Shown piece after piece: positions 1-10,140 of a stretch of 33,650 nt of DNA. Source of the stretch: an uncultured bacterium (lineage in GTDB: Bacteria; Patescibacteriota; Minisyncoccia; Phycocordibacterales; UBA9973); the NCBI GenBank assembly GCA_903834665.1, contig CAILJY010000078.1:1-33650 (forward strand), written 5' to 3'. Below the pieces are notes generated by a model. It did no database searches. It was not told the origin of the DNA and was given only the letters and a program-made list of their open reading frames with translations. Numbering within the stretch: the stretch's first letter is position 1; each line of letters begins with the position of its first letter. The translations under genes and the position numbers were made by a program.

Positions 1-1
1 A

Positions 2-3000
2 ACTGACATCACAACAGTTGCAATGTCGGGAAGTGGAACAGTATATACTTATTCATACACAGTAGTCGCAGCTAATGGAAGTACATATGTTGATGGAGTT
101 GCAACAGTTAGTTTATCTACAATAGTTGATACTGCAGGGAACTCATCAAGTGCTCCAACAGAAAATACTTTTACAATAGATACCGTAGGACCAAGTACAA
201 CAATTTCTACAATAGAAATTGATCCAACAAAAAATTCTCCAATTCCAATTACTATTACATTTGAGGATTCAGTAACTGGATTTACTACAGCAGATATAAT
301 AGTAACTGGAGGTACAAAGAGTGTTTTATCTGGAACAGGTGCATCTTATAGTTTTGACTTAACACCAACTGGTGATGGTTTATTAACTGTAGATATAGGT
401 CCAGGTGTAGCATTTGATACTGCAAATAATGGAAACGTTATTGCTACACAACTCGCTATAAATTATGATGGAACTAGTCCATCTTCTGAAATTACAGCAA
501 TTTGTTCAACTGGGACAAATGGATGTACTTTGGTTGGAGAAAATACAAATCCTCAAGAGTCTTATAATGTACAGTCTATAACAGGTAATGCTTCAGATGT
601 TGTAGGAGGTTCAGGTCTTGACGTGGTAGTTATATCTATCAAAGATGTGACTGCCAATAAATGGTACAGTGGGTCTAGTTTTATAAATGACGTTGAAACA
701 TTTTTAGATACAACAGGAACTGATACTTGGTCATTTAATTCATCTGCTGTAGCCTTAACAATTGATCATACTTATATGATTAATTCAAAAGCTATAGATA
801 TTGCAAACAATGAACAAAGTTTATTAGGATCTTTGTCTTTTAAATTTACAAATGCTCCACCAACCGTTTCTTCTGTTACTGCTTCACAAGAAGCAAGTGG
901 TGTTGTTAATGTTACTTATGATGTTGATGATATTGAATCATCCGGAACAACCAACTATCTATTTTATGGAGTTGAAGCTACTTTAAATGGAACTATTTCT
1001 GATTCAGTAAATTCTTTGACAGTTTCTAGTGGAACAAATTTTCCCTTATCAGGAACCATCTTGATTGATGATGAGATAATTAGTTATACAAGTAAATCTG
1101 GTAATGTTTTACAAGATCTAACAAGAGGAGCTTTAAGTACAACAGCTTTTTCTCATGATACAAGTACTCAAGTATATATAAAAGCTAATAATGTGACTGG
1201 TAATGGTATTGGTTTATCTGGTATTGGCCCCAACAAAACTATTGCATGGTCAGCAAGAGATGATGCCTATGGTTATTATAGTAGTAATGGAGTTATTAAA
1301 GTAGTCGCAAATGACGGATCAACTGGTTCAATGATTGGGTCACTTTCTTCTCCGGTTTTTGCTATTGATGCAGCAAGACCTTTAACAGATTCTTCTACTT
1401 TATTAATCAATGATTCTGCCACTAGTATTTTTGGTGCTTCTCCTGAAGTTGTTTTAAAAATTCAAAATGTTACTGGTCAACCAGAAAATGAAAATATATT
1501 TGTTCAATTTTCAAGAAATGCAGGTGGTACATGGTATGGAGCAAATGAAAATGGGACACTTTCTGGAGAAGGAACTCTAGGCTCAGGGTTTGCCTCAAGT
1601 TTAGCAAATACAGGATCTATTTCTTGGCCATGGACGATGCAATCAAGAGCAGAAACTTTAGTGGTTAGAATTACTGATAGTTTTCAAAATACTTCAATAG
1701 AAGATATGAATACTACAGAGTATAATGCTCCTCCAGAATTTAATATTAATTATCCAGCAACTGGAAATGGAGGTTTGACGGTATCTCAAATATCAGATCC
1801 AGATGATATAAATTTTGGAAAAGTTAAAATTCAATATTCAATTAGAAATATAGATACAGAAGGAGATGTGGTTCCTTATTTTGTCACACCTTCTTTTAAT
1901 TATGATACTGGAAGTGGTTGGAACTTAATATCACAAGGGGATATAACTTATGGTGATGTTCCTTTGGGAGGACAAGTTGTAGATCAAAATACTGATGGAT
2001 TATTAGATAATAAAGTTTCGTCATCTTCATTTCATATTTATACAGCTTATTGGACAATTCCACTTGGAGTTGAAACAGAAGCTGGTCAATTTAAAATAAC
2101 CTTAAACGATCTTGGCTCAAGTAATAATATTTCTAGTAATACAGTTTCTAATTTGATTTTTGATACCGAAGAACCTGATGGTGGAGTTGTTTATTTTGAC
2201 GCAGGAGTTGCAGGTTCTGTTGGTACAGGATTGGTTACCATCCCATTACCAACAGACGTATCAAATGTTTTTTACCGAATCAGTGATGATATTACAACTA
2301 ATTCATCAGTAGAAGATACAGGCTGGGTTAGTATGACTAGTAGTACAACTATTCCTTGGACTTTTGATATCGATACAGAAATAAAAACTTTGAAATATCA
2401 ATATAGAGATTCATATGGAAATACAACTAATGAGATAACCCTAGCAACCCTTGCTCCAATTTCTGGAACTTCATTTTTAGTTCAAGATGCGTCTAACCCA
2501 AATATTCCTTCTTATGATATGTATATCGGATGGGAATCAGTAGCTAGTTCAACTGGGTTTGCTTCTTATAAATTAGAATTTGCTACGTCAACAGATAATT
2601 CCACGTATACAGCATATAGTTCTGTTGGTGGTGGTGGAATGTCTGATACAATGACAAATTATTATGTTCATAGAAATTTAAACTCTAGCTGGTATTATAA
2701 ATATCGTTTAGGTGTTACTGGGACAGATGGCAATACTTCTATTCGTGCTGGTTCACCAGTTACAGCAAAACCTGATGGAATTCAAAATTACGGAGAGGGT
2801 GGTGGAGGTGGAGGAGTTGCGACTGCTTCTCAAGTTGAGAATGTTGTTCCATCTCAAGATCCTACAACAAAAAATGTTACGGTAAATTATCGTTTAACAG
2901 ACGGATCATTTTCTAAAAAAATATCTCCTTCTTATGAAGCCCGTCTTTTCTATAATATCGGTGTAACTCTACCAGCAAATGCATATGGAGATAATACTCT

Positions 3001-6000
3001 TGCTGTTTCTGATGCTTCCAAATTGAAATCTTCAGGTTACATTCAAATTAATAATGAAGTTATCGCTTATAGTGGAAAAACAGGAAATGTTTTAACTGGA
3101 TTAACTAGAGGCACTTGGCCGACATCTCCTCGAGGAACTAGACAAAATTCTATTTTCTTCCAAGGTACACCTGTTTGGATAATGGCTTCGACCGTAGCTC
3201 CAACAACTATTACAAATTCTTCAATACCTACAGGTCAAAACAGTTCTATTGTTTGGACTACCTACGATGAGTCTAGTCTTGCCGGAGGAAATTATAGTAA
3301 TGTCGGAATAAGAGTTTTAGTTCATGATAATCAAAGTGCAGGATCTGGTCCATTATCAACTCAATCTGATTATTCTGAAATTGGAACATTGGATTCTTTG
3401 AATTTAACTGCTCCAACTATTTCTTTTGACGCATTATCTTCAAATGGAGATGAAAATGTTTCTTCGGTTGATATTCCGTTAACTCTAGGAAGAGCTTACG
3501 TCATTAATTCTACTGTTGATTATACAGTTACAGGTACAGCTACAGGAGGTGATGTAGATTTTACTTTAATAAATGGCACTGCAACAATAATAGCAGGAAC
3601 TACAAGTACAAATATTTCATTAGCAATAATTGAGGATTTGTTGAATGAAGTTGATGAAAACATTGTTATAACATTATCAAATCCAACAGGATCTATTTTG
3701 GGAACCAATACGGTTTACACTTATACCATCAATGATAATGACAATGATCCAGAGATTCAATTTACTTCTACAAGTTCAAGTGGCCAAGAAAATATAACGC
3801 CTATTGATATAAATGTTTCAATACCTAGTATTTCAAGTTCAGACGTAACTGTTGATTATACAGTTACAGGTACAGCTACAGGAGGTGATGTAGATTTTAC
3901 TTTAATAAATGGCACCGCTACTATAACAGCAGGAAATACGAGCACCAATATTTCTCTTGCGATTATAAATGATAGTATTTATGAATCAAATGAAGATGTT
4001 GTAATTACTTTATCAAACCCAAATGGAGCAATATTAGGAGCCAATACTATTTACACTTATACAATTACAGACAATGATACAACTCCAATAATTAGTTTTA
4101 CTAATACAAATGAAAGTGGAGTAGAAAGTGTTACTTCTGTTGATTTACCTATCAGTATTTTATTTGCATCTTATCAAGATACAACAGTCTCTTATACTGT
4201 CACAGGTGGGACAGCAACGAGTACTGATGACTTTGTTCTAGCCTCTGGTACTGCAACAATAACTGCAGGAACTACAAGTACAAATATTTCATTATCTATA
4301 ATTGATGATACCCTCAAAGAAATAAATGAAACTGTTATCGTAGAATTATCATCTCCCGTAAACTCAACTCTTGGAGTCAATACTATTTATACTTATACAA
4401 TTACAGATAATGATTCTCTTCCAACTATTGCTTTTACAAACACAACAGGCTCTAATCTTGAAGATGTAACTTCTATTAATATACCTGTAAGTATTTCAGG
4501 AATTTCTGGAATAGAAGCAGTTGTTTCTTATGCTGTCACAGGTGGAACAGCAACGAGTACTGATGACTTTGTTCTAGCCTCTGGCACTGCAACAATAATA
4601 ATAGGTCAGACAAGTGTAGATATATCACTTTCAGTTGTGGATGATTTACTTAGTGAAGCAACTGAAAATATTGTTATAACATTATCAAGTCCAACTGGAG
4701 CAACACTAGGAACAAATACAGTTTATACTTATACAATTACAGACAATGATACTGACCCAACTATTGCATTTACTAATACTACAGGGAATGGATTAGAAAA
4801 TGTTTCCTTGGTTAATATTCCAGTTTCTTTGCCTTCAGTTTCTGCTAAAAATTCAACAGTTGGATATTCTATTAAAGCAGGAGGAACTGCAACTTCAGGA
4901 GTCGATTATATTCTTTCTTCTGGAACTGCAACAATAAATGCCGGACAAATGAGTACAAATATTTCATTAGCTATAATTGATGATACACTCAAAGAAGCAA
5001 ATGAAACTGTTATTGTAGAATTATCATCTCCCGTAAACTCAACTCTTGGAGTCAATACTATCTACACTTATACAATTACAGATAATGAACCTAATCTAAA
5101 TGTTGCTTTTGTAAGTTCTAATTCTTCTGGTTTTGAAAGTATTACTTCAGAAGGAATTAATTTAACTTTGGCTTCTGTCTCATCTCAAGATGTAACTGTT
5201 GATTATACAGTCACAGGAGGAACAGCAACAGGAGATGGAACAGATTTTACTTTAGCAAATGGTACTGCCACAATTACAGCTAATACAACTACCGTTGAAA
5301 TTCCTTTCACTGTTGTAGATGATTTATTAATTGAATCAAACGAAACAATAATTGTAACATTATCTAATCCTACAAATGCATCTTTGGGGACAAAAACTAT
5401 TCATACTTATACTATTATAAATAATGATACAGATACGGTATCTCCGACAGTAACGTTAAATGGAGATGCAACTATTTCAGTTACAAGAGGAGATTCTTAT
5501 ACAGAATTAGGATCAATCGTAACAGATAATGTCGACGTAGGGTTAACGGCGACTATTACTGGATCTGTTAATACTAGTTTAATTGGCTCTTATGTATTGA
5601 CCTATACAGCGACAGATAGTTCTAATAATATCGGGACGGCAGAAAGAACAGTAAATGTTGTACTTGCTTTGGCTTATGATATTACATCAACTGCGGGAGC
5701 AGGTGGAACAATTAGTCCACTTGGCATTACTGCTGTGACTTCAACTGCGAATCAAGCTTATACTATAACTCCAGAGGCTGGGTATGGAGTAGATACTTTA
5801 GTTGTGGATGGAGTACCTTTGGCTTCAGCTCTTACTTATACATTTACGAATGTAGTGACTACTCATACTATCGATGTGACGTTTTCTCTTGATCCAGATG
5901 TTACTCCTCCAGTTATAACACTACTTGGAGATAATCCTATGACTGTTATAAAAGGAGAAACATATGTTGAGCCAGGAGTAACAGTTCTTGATGGTATTGA

Positions 6001-8314
6001 TGGAGTAATTGTTCCTGTTATAACTGGATCGGTTAATATAAATAGTATTGGTTCTTATACAATAACTTATACCGCGACTGATTCATCTCATAATAAATCT
6101 ACAGAAACAAGAATTGTTAACGTTGAATATGCTTCTAGTTATATAATAAGATCATCCTCTGGTTCTAATGGAACTATTGACCCATTAGGAGAGACAGCTG
6201 TTCCTTCCACGACTAGTCAAACTTACACAATTGCTCCTAACGAAGGATTCAAAATAGCCACTCTTGTAGTTGATGATGCAAACCTAGTTGTAGAATCTAG
6301 TTATACATTTACAAACGTTGTAGGACCACATCAGATAGATGTGACATTTTCTCCTGTTGATGGTTTACCTCCTACTATAACCATCTTAGGAGATAATCCA
6401 ATGACGATTAATACAGGGGAAGCCTTTGTTGATCCAGGAGCAACTGCTGTTGATTCTACTACCAATGAAGCTTTAGTTGTTACAACTGTTGGTAATGTAA
6501 ATAATTCAACAGCTGGAACTTATCAGATAACTTACTTTACAAGTGATTCATTAGGAAATACTGCAACAGCTGAAAGAACTGTTAATGTTGTAGATATATC
6601 TCCTCCAATTATTTCTGGGATAGAAACTCCTGTTAAATCAGCCAATGCTGCTGTTATAGTTTGGCAAACAAATGAACCAGCAACTTCTCAAGTTATTTGG
6701 GGAACAGCAACAGGTAATTTAACAAGAAATACTGTTATAGATGAAGTCTTATCTGTTTATCATGTTATATCACTTAGTTCAGGTACATTTGATTTAGATG
6801 ATTCTTCTAATATTTTGGAACCTACAACTAATTATTTCTTTACAGTTAAATCTGCTGATAATGCTGGAAATGAAACTGAATCCACTGAACAAACATTTAC
6901 AACTACAGCAGATGGACAAGTTGTCGTAGTAAGTTCTTCCTCTAACAATAACGATAATACTTCTAATCTAATTCCAGATATTACTGCTCCTTCTATCTCT
7001 AATGTAAAAGTTTCAGACATAAATGCTTTTGGAGCAACTATTTCTTTTGATACAAATGAAGAGACAATGTCATTTGTGGAATATGGAAAAGAAACAACTT
7101 ATGGAGATACTATGGGTAGTAGTAAATGGTTAACTTCTCACTCAATAAAATTAAGTGGGCTAAGAATAGGAACAGATTATCATATGAGAGTTACGGTGGT
7201 AGATAAATCTGGTAATTCAACAACAACAGAAGATGAAGTATTTAAAACAAAATATTTCAATGAAGTAACTGACAGTCTTAAAACTATTGATAATCTTGAA
7301 CAATTTCAAGCTGAGATAGAAGCAACAATTGAATCAATTCTTCCATCATTAATTCCTCCATTTATTGAAAAACCAAACATCGTTAATATTACAGAAAATG
7401 GAGCAATGGTAACATATCGTACAAATATTAAAGCTTATCCAGCTGTAAGCTTCTCGACTGATGAGTTCTATAATAAAACAAAAGATAAACCTTATGATGG
7501 AGAAATATCAGATACAACAGCAGAAAAAAGTTTTTCTCATAGTTTAGTTCTTTCAGGTTTGAAAGCAAATACTAAATATCATATTATGGCAAAAGCTTTC
7601 TCTCTCCCTCAAGTAGTTGGACAGTCTGATGATATAGTCTTTACAACTTTACCTTCAAAAATTTCAGGAGCAATAATAGATAAAAAGAAAGATTCATTTA
7701 CTGTTGTGTGGACGACAGATGAACCTACTACTTCTATTGTTGATTACAAAAACACAATTACAGGTAGAGCTTCTAGAACAATAGATAATAGCCAAAATAC
7801 TTCTCACTCTATAAAGATAGAAAATCTAACTCCTGGAACTTCGTATCAAGTCGATATCTCTGGTCTTAATAAAGAGGGCAATATATTTGAAGCAGCCGCA
7901 TCTTTATTTGTGACAACTTCTGTGGATGTTATCGCCCCAGTAATTAATAATGTGAAAGTTGATAGTGCTTTAGTTCTCGGACGTACAGATAGAATTCAAA
8001 CAATAATCTCATGGCAAACAGATGAACCTTCTACTTCAATTGTTTATTATGAAGAAGGATCTGGAATTTTGAGTAAAGAATTAGCAAATAAACAAGAGGA
8101 TCTAAATACATTTACCACAAATCATTCTATCGTCTTAACCTCATTAAAACCAGGAACAGTTTATCGTTTCCAAGTAGCTTCGACAGATAGTGCCAATAAT
8201 ACCGTTAAACCTCCTATACGTACTATAATTACCCCTCGTAGAACTGAATCTATCGTTGATGTTATCTTTAAGAACTTCAATGAAACGTTCAATTTTATAA
8301 ATAATTTCAAATAA
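2..8314 (+). CDS. Giant surface/adhesin-like protein (Ig-like, 6x Calx-beta, 3x DUF5011-like, FN3/purple-acid-phosphatase-N-like repeats); 5'-truncated by the window
   Basis: 2763 aa ORF; the frame is open from position 2 (TDITTVA-M), so ATG 23 is probably internal. T/S/G/V-rich. Calx-beta units (VDYTVTGTAT...DF...GTATI.AG.TS.NISL.II.D...E..E.....LS.P....LG....YTYTITDND), PPVITLLGDNPMTV units, W.TDEP.TS.V.Y FN3-like units. Confidence 0.9.
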   Translation, partial: TDITTVAMSGSGTVYTYSYTVVAANGSTYVDGVATVSLSTIVDTAGNSSSAPTENTFTIDTVGPSTTISTIEIDPTKNSPIPITITFEDSVTGFTTADIIVTGGTKSVLSGTGASYSFDLTPTGDGLLTVDIGPGVAFDTANNGNVIATQLAINYDGTSPSSEITAICSTGTNGCTLVGENTNPQESYNVQSITGNASDVVGGSGLDVVVISIKDVTANKWYSGSSFINDVETFLDTTGTDTWSFNSSAVALTIDHTYMINSKAIDIANNEQSLLGSLSFKFTNAPPTVSSVTASQEASGVVNVTYDVDDIESSGTTNYLFYGVEATLNGTISDSVNSLTVSSGTNFPLSGTILIDDEIISYTSKSGNVLQDLTRGALSTTAFSHDTSTQVYIKANNVTGNGIGLSGIGPNKTIAWSARDDAYGYYSSNGVIKVVANDGSTGSMIGSLSSPVFAIDAARPLTDSSTLLINDSATSIFGASPEVVLKIQNVTGQPENENIFVQFSRNAGGTWYGANENGTLSGEGTLGSGFASSLANTGSISWPWTMQSRAETLVVRITDSFQNTSIEDMNTTEYNAPPEFNINYPATGNGGLTVSQISDPDDINFGKVKIQYSIRNIDTEGDVVPYFVTPSFNYDTGSGWNLISQGDITYGDVPLGGQVVDQNTDGLLDNKVSSSSFHIYTAYWTIPLGVETEAGQFKITLNDLGSSNNISSNTVSNLIFDTEEPDGGVVYFDAGVAGSVGTGLVTIPLPTDVSNVFYRISDDITTNSSVEDTGWVSMTSSTTIPWTFDIDTEIKTLKYQYRDSYGNTTNEITLATLAPISGTSFLVQDASNPNIPSYDMYIGWESVASSTGFASYKLEFATSTDNSTYTAYSSVGGGGMSDTMTNYYVHRNLNSSWYYKYRLGVTGTDGNTSIRAGSPVTAKPDGIQNYGEGGGGGGVATASQVENVVPSQDPTTKNVTVNYRLTDGSFSKKISPSYEARLFYNIGVTLPANAYGDNTLAVSDASKLKSSGYIQINNEVIAYSGKTGNVLTGLTRGTWPTSPRGTRQNSIFFQGTPVWIMASTVAPTTITNSSIPTGQNSSIVWTTYDESSLAGGNYSNVGIRVLVHDNQSAGSGPLSTQSDYSEIGTLDSLNLTAPTISFDALSSNGDENVSSVDIPLTLGRAYVINSTVDYTVTGTATGGDVDFTLINGTATIIAGTTSTNISLAIIEDLLNEVDENIVITLSNPTGSILGTNTVYTYTINDNDNDPEIQFTSTSSSGQENITPIDINVSIPSISSSDVTVDYTVTGTATGGDVDFTLINGTATITAGNTSTNISLAIINDSIYESNEDVVITLSNPNGAILGANTIYTYTITDNDTTPIISFTNTNESGVESVTSVDLPISILFASYQDTTVSYTVTGGTATSTDDFVLASGTATITAGTTSTNISLSIIDDTLKEINETVIVELSSPVNSTLGVNTIYTYTITDNDSLPTIAFTNTTGSNLEDVTSINIPVSISGISGIEAVVSYAVTGGTATSTDDFVLASGTATIIIGQTSVDISLSVVDDLLSEATENIVITLSSPTGATLGTNTVYTYTITDNDTDPTIAFTNTTGNGLENVSLVNIPVSLPSVSAKNSTVGYSIKAGGTATSGVDYILSSGTATINAGQMSTNISLAIIDDTLKEANETVIVELSSPVNSTLGVNTIYTYTITDNEPNLNVAFVSSNSSGFESITSEGINLTLASVSSQDVTVDYTVTGGTATGDGTDFTLANGTATITANTTTVEIPFTVVDDLLIESNETIIVTLSNPTNASLGTKTIHTYTIINNDTDTVSPTVTLNGDATISVTRGDSYTELGSIVTDNVDVGLTATITGSVNTSLIGSYVLTYTATDSSNNIGTAERTVNVVLALAYDITSTAGAGGTISPLGITAVTSTANQAYTITPEAGYGVDTLVVDGVPLASALTYTFTNVVTTHTIDVTFSLDPDVTPPVITLLGDNPMTVIKGETYVEPGVTVLDGIDGVIVPVITGSVNINSIGSYTITYTATDSSHNKSTETRIVNVEYASSYIIRSSSGSNGTIDPLGETAVPSTTSQTYTIAPNEGFKIATLVVDDANLVVESSYTFTNVVGPHQIDVTFSPVDGLPPTITILGDNPMTINTGEAFVDPGATAVDSTTNEALVVTTVGNVNNSTAGTYQITYFTSDSLGNTATAERTVNVVDISPPIISGIETPVKSANAAVIVWQTNEPATSQVIWGTATGNLTRNTVIDEVLSVYHVISLSSGTFDLDDSSNILEPTTNYFFTVKSADNAGNETESTEQTFTTTADGQVVVVSSSSNNNDNTSNLIPDITAPSISNVKVSDINAFGATISFDTNEETMSFVEYGKETTYGDTMGSSKWLTSHSIKLSGLRIGTDYHMRVTVVDKSGNSTTTEDEVFKTKYFNEVTDSLKTIDNLEQFQAEIEATIESILPSLIPPFIEKPNIVNITENGAMVTYRTNIKAYPAVSFSTDEFYNKTKDKPYDGEISDTTAEKSFSHSLVLSGLKANTKYHIMAKAFSLPQVVGQSDDIVFTTLPSKISGAIIDKKKDSFTVVWTTDEPTTSIVDYKNTITGRASRTIDNSQNTSHSIKIENLTPGTSYQVDISGLNKEGNIFEAAASLFVTTSVDVIAPVINNVKVDSALVLGRTDRIQTIISWQTDEPSTSIVYYEEGSGILSKELANKQEDLNTFTTNHSIVLTSLKPGTVYRFQVASTDSANNTVKPPIRTIITPRRTESIVDVIFKNFNETFNFINNFK
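3413..5430 (+). repeat. Six tandem Calx-beta-coding repeats (~335-340 bp each)
   Basis: Repeated protein motif; long near-identical DNA blocks, e.g. 3512-3579 vs 3848-3915, ~4196-4262 vs ~4533-4598, ~4277-4413 vs ~4952-5088. Confidence 0.9.
5440..6600 (+). repeat. Three DUF5011-like Ig repeats alternating with two small beta-repeat units (ITSTAGAGGTISPLG / IRSSSGSNGTIDPLG)
   Basis: Repeated motifs in the translation: PTVTLNGD, PPVITLLGDNPM, PPTITILGDNPM ... AERTVNVV. Confidence 0.75.
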
Positions 8315-8372
8315 TATTGAAACAACATACAAGATGGTGCAAGAGCCATATTGTATGTTATATTAAAAGAAT

Positions 8373-8816
8373 ATGGATAATAAAGAAAAGAAAATAAAAA
8401 TCCTTCTTATTGATAACGATGAGATGATGTCTATCTACTTTCGTGATATTTTTTGGGTACATGGTCATAATAATAAATATGAAATTTCTGTTGTATCTTC
8501 TTTATTAGGAGCTCGTAAAAGAATAACAGAAGAGGAAACCCGTCCAGATATAATATTTCTTGATGCAATGATTCCTACGGAAGGAGGAAATAGTAATTCA
8601 GAATCACACATAAAGGCATCTTTAGAATTTATAAAAGAAATCAAATCGCATCCCGAATTATCTAAAATAAATATAGTTATTTATTCAGGACATATACATA
8701 AATCTTTAGAAAAAGAAGCTTATGATTTAGGAATAAATGGTTACATTATAAAAGGGGAATTTACCCCAAAAGAGATAATTGCTTATACAGATAAACTTCA
8801 TGGATCCAATAATTAA
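8373..8816 (+). CDS. Single-domain response regulator (CheY-like receiver)
   Basis: KILLIDND acidic pocket, PDIIFLDAMIP phospho-Asp motif, IVIYSG, GYIIKG. Confidence 0.88.
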   Translation: MDNKEKKIKILLIDNDEMMSIYFRDIFWVHGHNNKYEISVVSSLLGARKRITEEETRPDIIFLDAMIPTEGGNSNSESHIKASLEFIKEIKSHPELSKINIVIYSGHIHKSLEKEAYDLGINGYIIKGEFTPKEIIAYTDKLHGSNN

Positions 8817-10131
8817 ATTAGAAAAAGTTAATCTCTGGTATGAATTAGGAAAACCGAATGAAGTTCATGCCTTAAAAGATATTAATCTTGAGATAAATAA
8901 GGGAGATTATGTAGCCTTTTTTGGCTCATCTGGTTGTGGTAAAACAACCATGCTTTATGCTATTTCTGGTATTGATCGTTTTCAGGATGGTAAAATTTTT
9001 ATAAATGGAGTAGATATTTCAGGTTTTACAAATCAAGAATTAGCAATTTTTAGACAGACAGGTATTGGTATTGTTTTTCAACAATTTAATCTTGTTCCTT
9101 CTTTAACTGTTCTTAAAAATGTTGCATTACCAATGCTTTTCGTTGGAGTATCATCAGAAAAAGCAGATGAGGAGGCTCGTAAACTTCTCGAGAGATTAAA
9201 TCTTACTTCTTTAGCTGATAGATACCCATATGAACTTTCAGGGGGCCAACAACAAAGAGTTGGAATTGCGAGAGCTTTAATAAATGATCCCCCAATTATA
9301 ATTGCCGATGAACCTTTAGGTAACCTGGACTCTGTTAATGCAAAAAAGGTTTTAGAATTTTTGAAAGAATTAAATGAAAAAGATGGACGAACTGTCATCA
9401 TGGTTACTCACGAAGCTTGGAGTTTAAGAGATGTGAAAACTATTTTTCATTTAAAGGATGGAGTAGTTACTGATGTTGAGAAAATAAATCCAAAGACAGT
9501 GGCAGAAACACTTTCTGGTCATTTATATAAACAATTATCAAAAGAACTTTCAGAATCTGATAAACCTGTTGATGTTAAAACAGCCCAACTTTCTTCTCGA
9601 GTCCTTGCTAGCTTCTTATTGCGAGGATATTCTTCTGATGAGATAAAACGTTTTGAAGAAATTATTAATCAAAGATTAGAAGAAAAGATTGATCCAATAA
9701 CTTTAACTGATTTGTTGCATAAACCATTTAAAGATGGAGGAGTTGGTTTGTGGAAGAAAAAAGCCGAAAGAGTGGTTCATTATTTAGATGAAATTATTGA
9801 TAAAAGAAAAGATATTGAAGCTGTTTATAATGTTATAGAGAAACATCCTGAATTAACTATTTCTGAAGAAGTTCGTCGTATTCGTGATTGGTTATTAGAA
9901 GAACATAAATTAAAACTTTCCTCGGCTCAAATCATGTCTATTGATCAACTGATTTCAGATCGATTAAGAGGATTTGTTTCTCCTGAAAAATTTATTGAGT
10001 TACTTGATCTTTCTAAAAACAAATTTGGAGCTGGTTTAACATTTCGTACTTCTCACCAGATGGGAGAAAAATTTGAATCTATTTTAAGCGGAGGAAGAAG
10101 TATTGAAGATGTATTCCAAAAAAGTTTATAA
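8800..10131 (+). CDS. ABC transporter ATP-binding protein, MacB/LolD/FtsE family, with ~210 aa C-terminal extension
   Basis: Walker A GSSGCGKT, Q-loop FQQFNL, LSGGQQQRV signature, IIADEP Walker B, VTH switch. ATG 8800 preferred over the track's TTG 8779. Confidence 0.92.
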   Translation: MDPIIKLEKVNLWYELGKPNEVHALKDINLEINKGDYVAFFGSSGCGKTTMLYAISGIDRFQDGKIFINGVDISGFTNQELAIFRQTGIGIVFQQFNLVPSLTVLKNVALPMLFVGVSSEKADEEARKLLERLNLTSLADRYPYELSGGQQQRVGIARALINDPPIIIADEPLGNLDSVNAKKVLEFLKELNEKDGRTVIMVTHEAWSLRDVKTIFHLKDGVVTDVEKINPKTVAETLSGHLYKQLSKELSESDKPVDVKTAQLSSRVLASFLLRGYSSDEIKRFEEIINQRLEEKIDPITLTDLLHKPFKDGGVGLWKKKAERVVHYLDEIIDKRKDIEAVYNVIEKHPELTISEEVRRIRDWLLEEHKLKLSSAQIMSIDQLISDRLRGFVSPEKFIELLDLSKNKFGAGLTFRTSHQMGEKFESILSGGRSIEDVFQKSL

Positions 10132-10140
10132 TTAAAAAAC

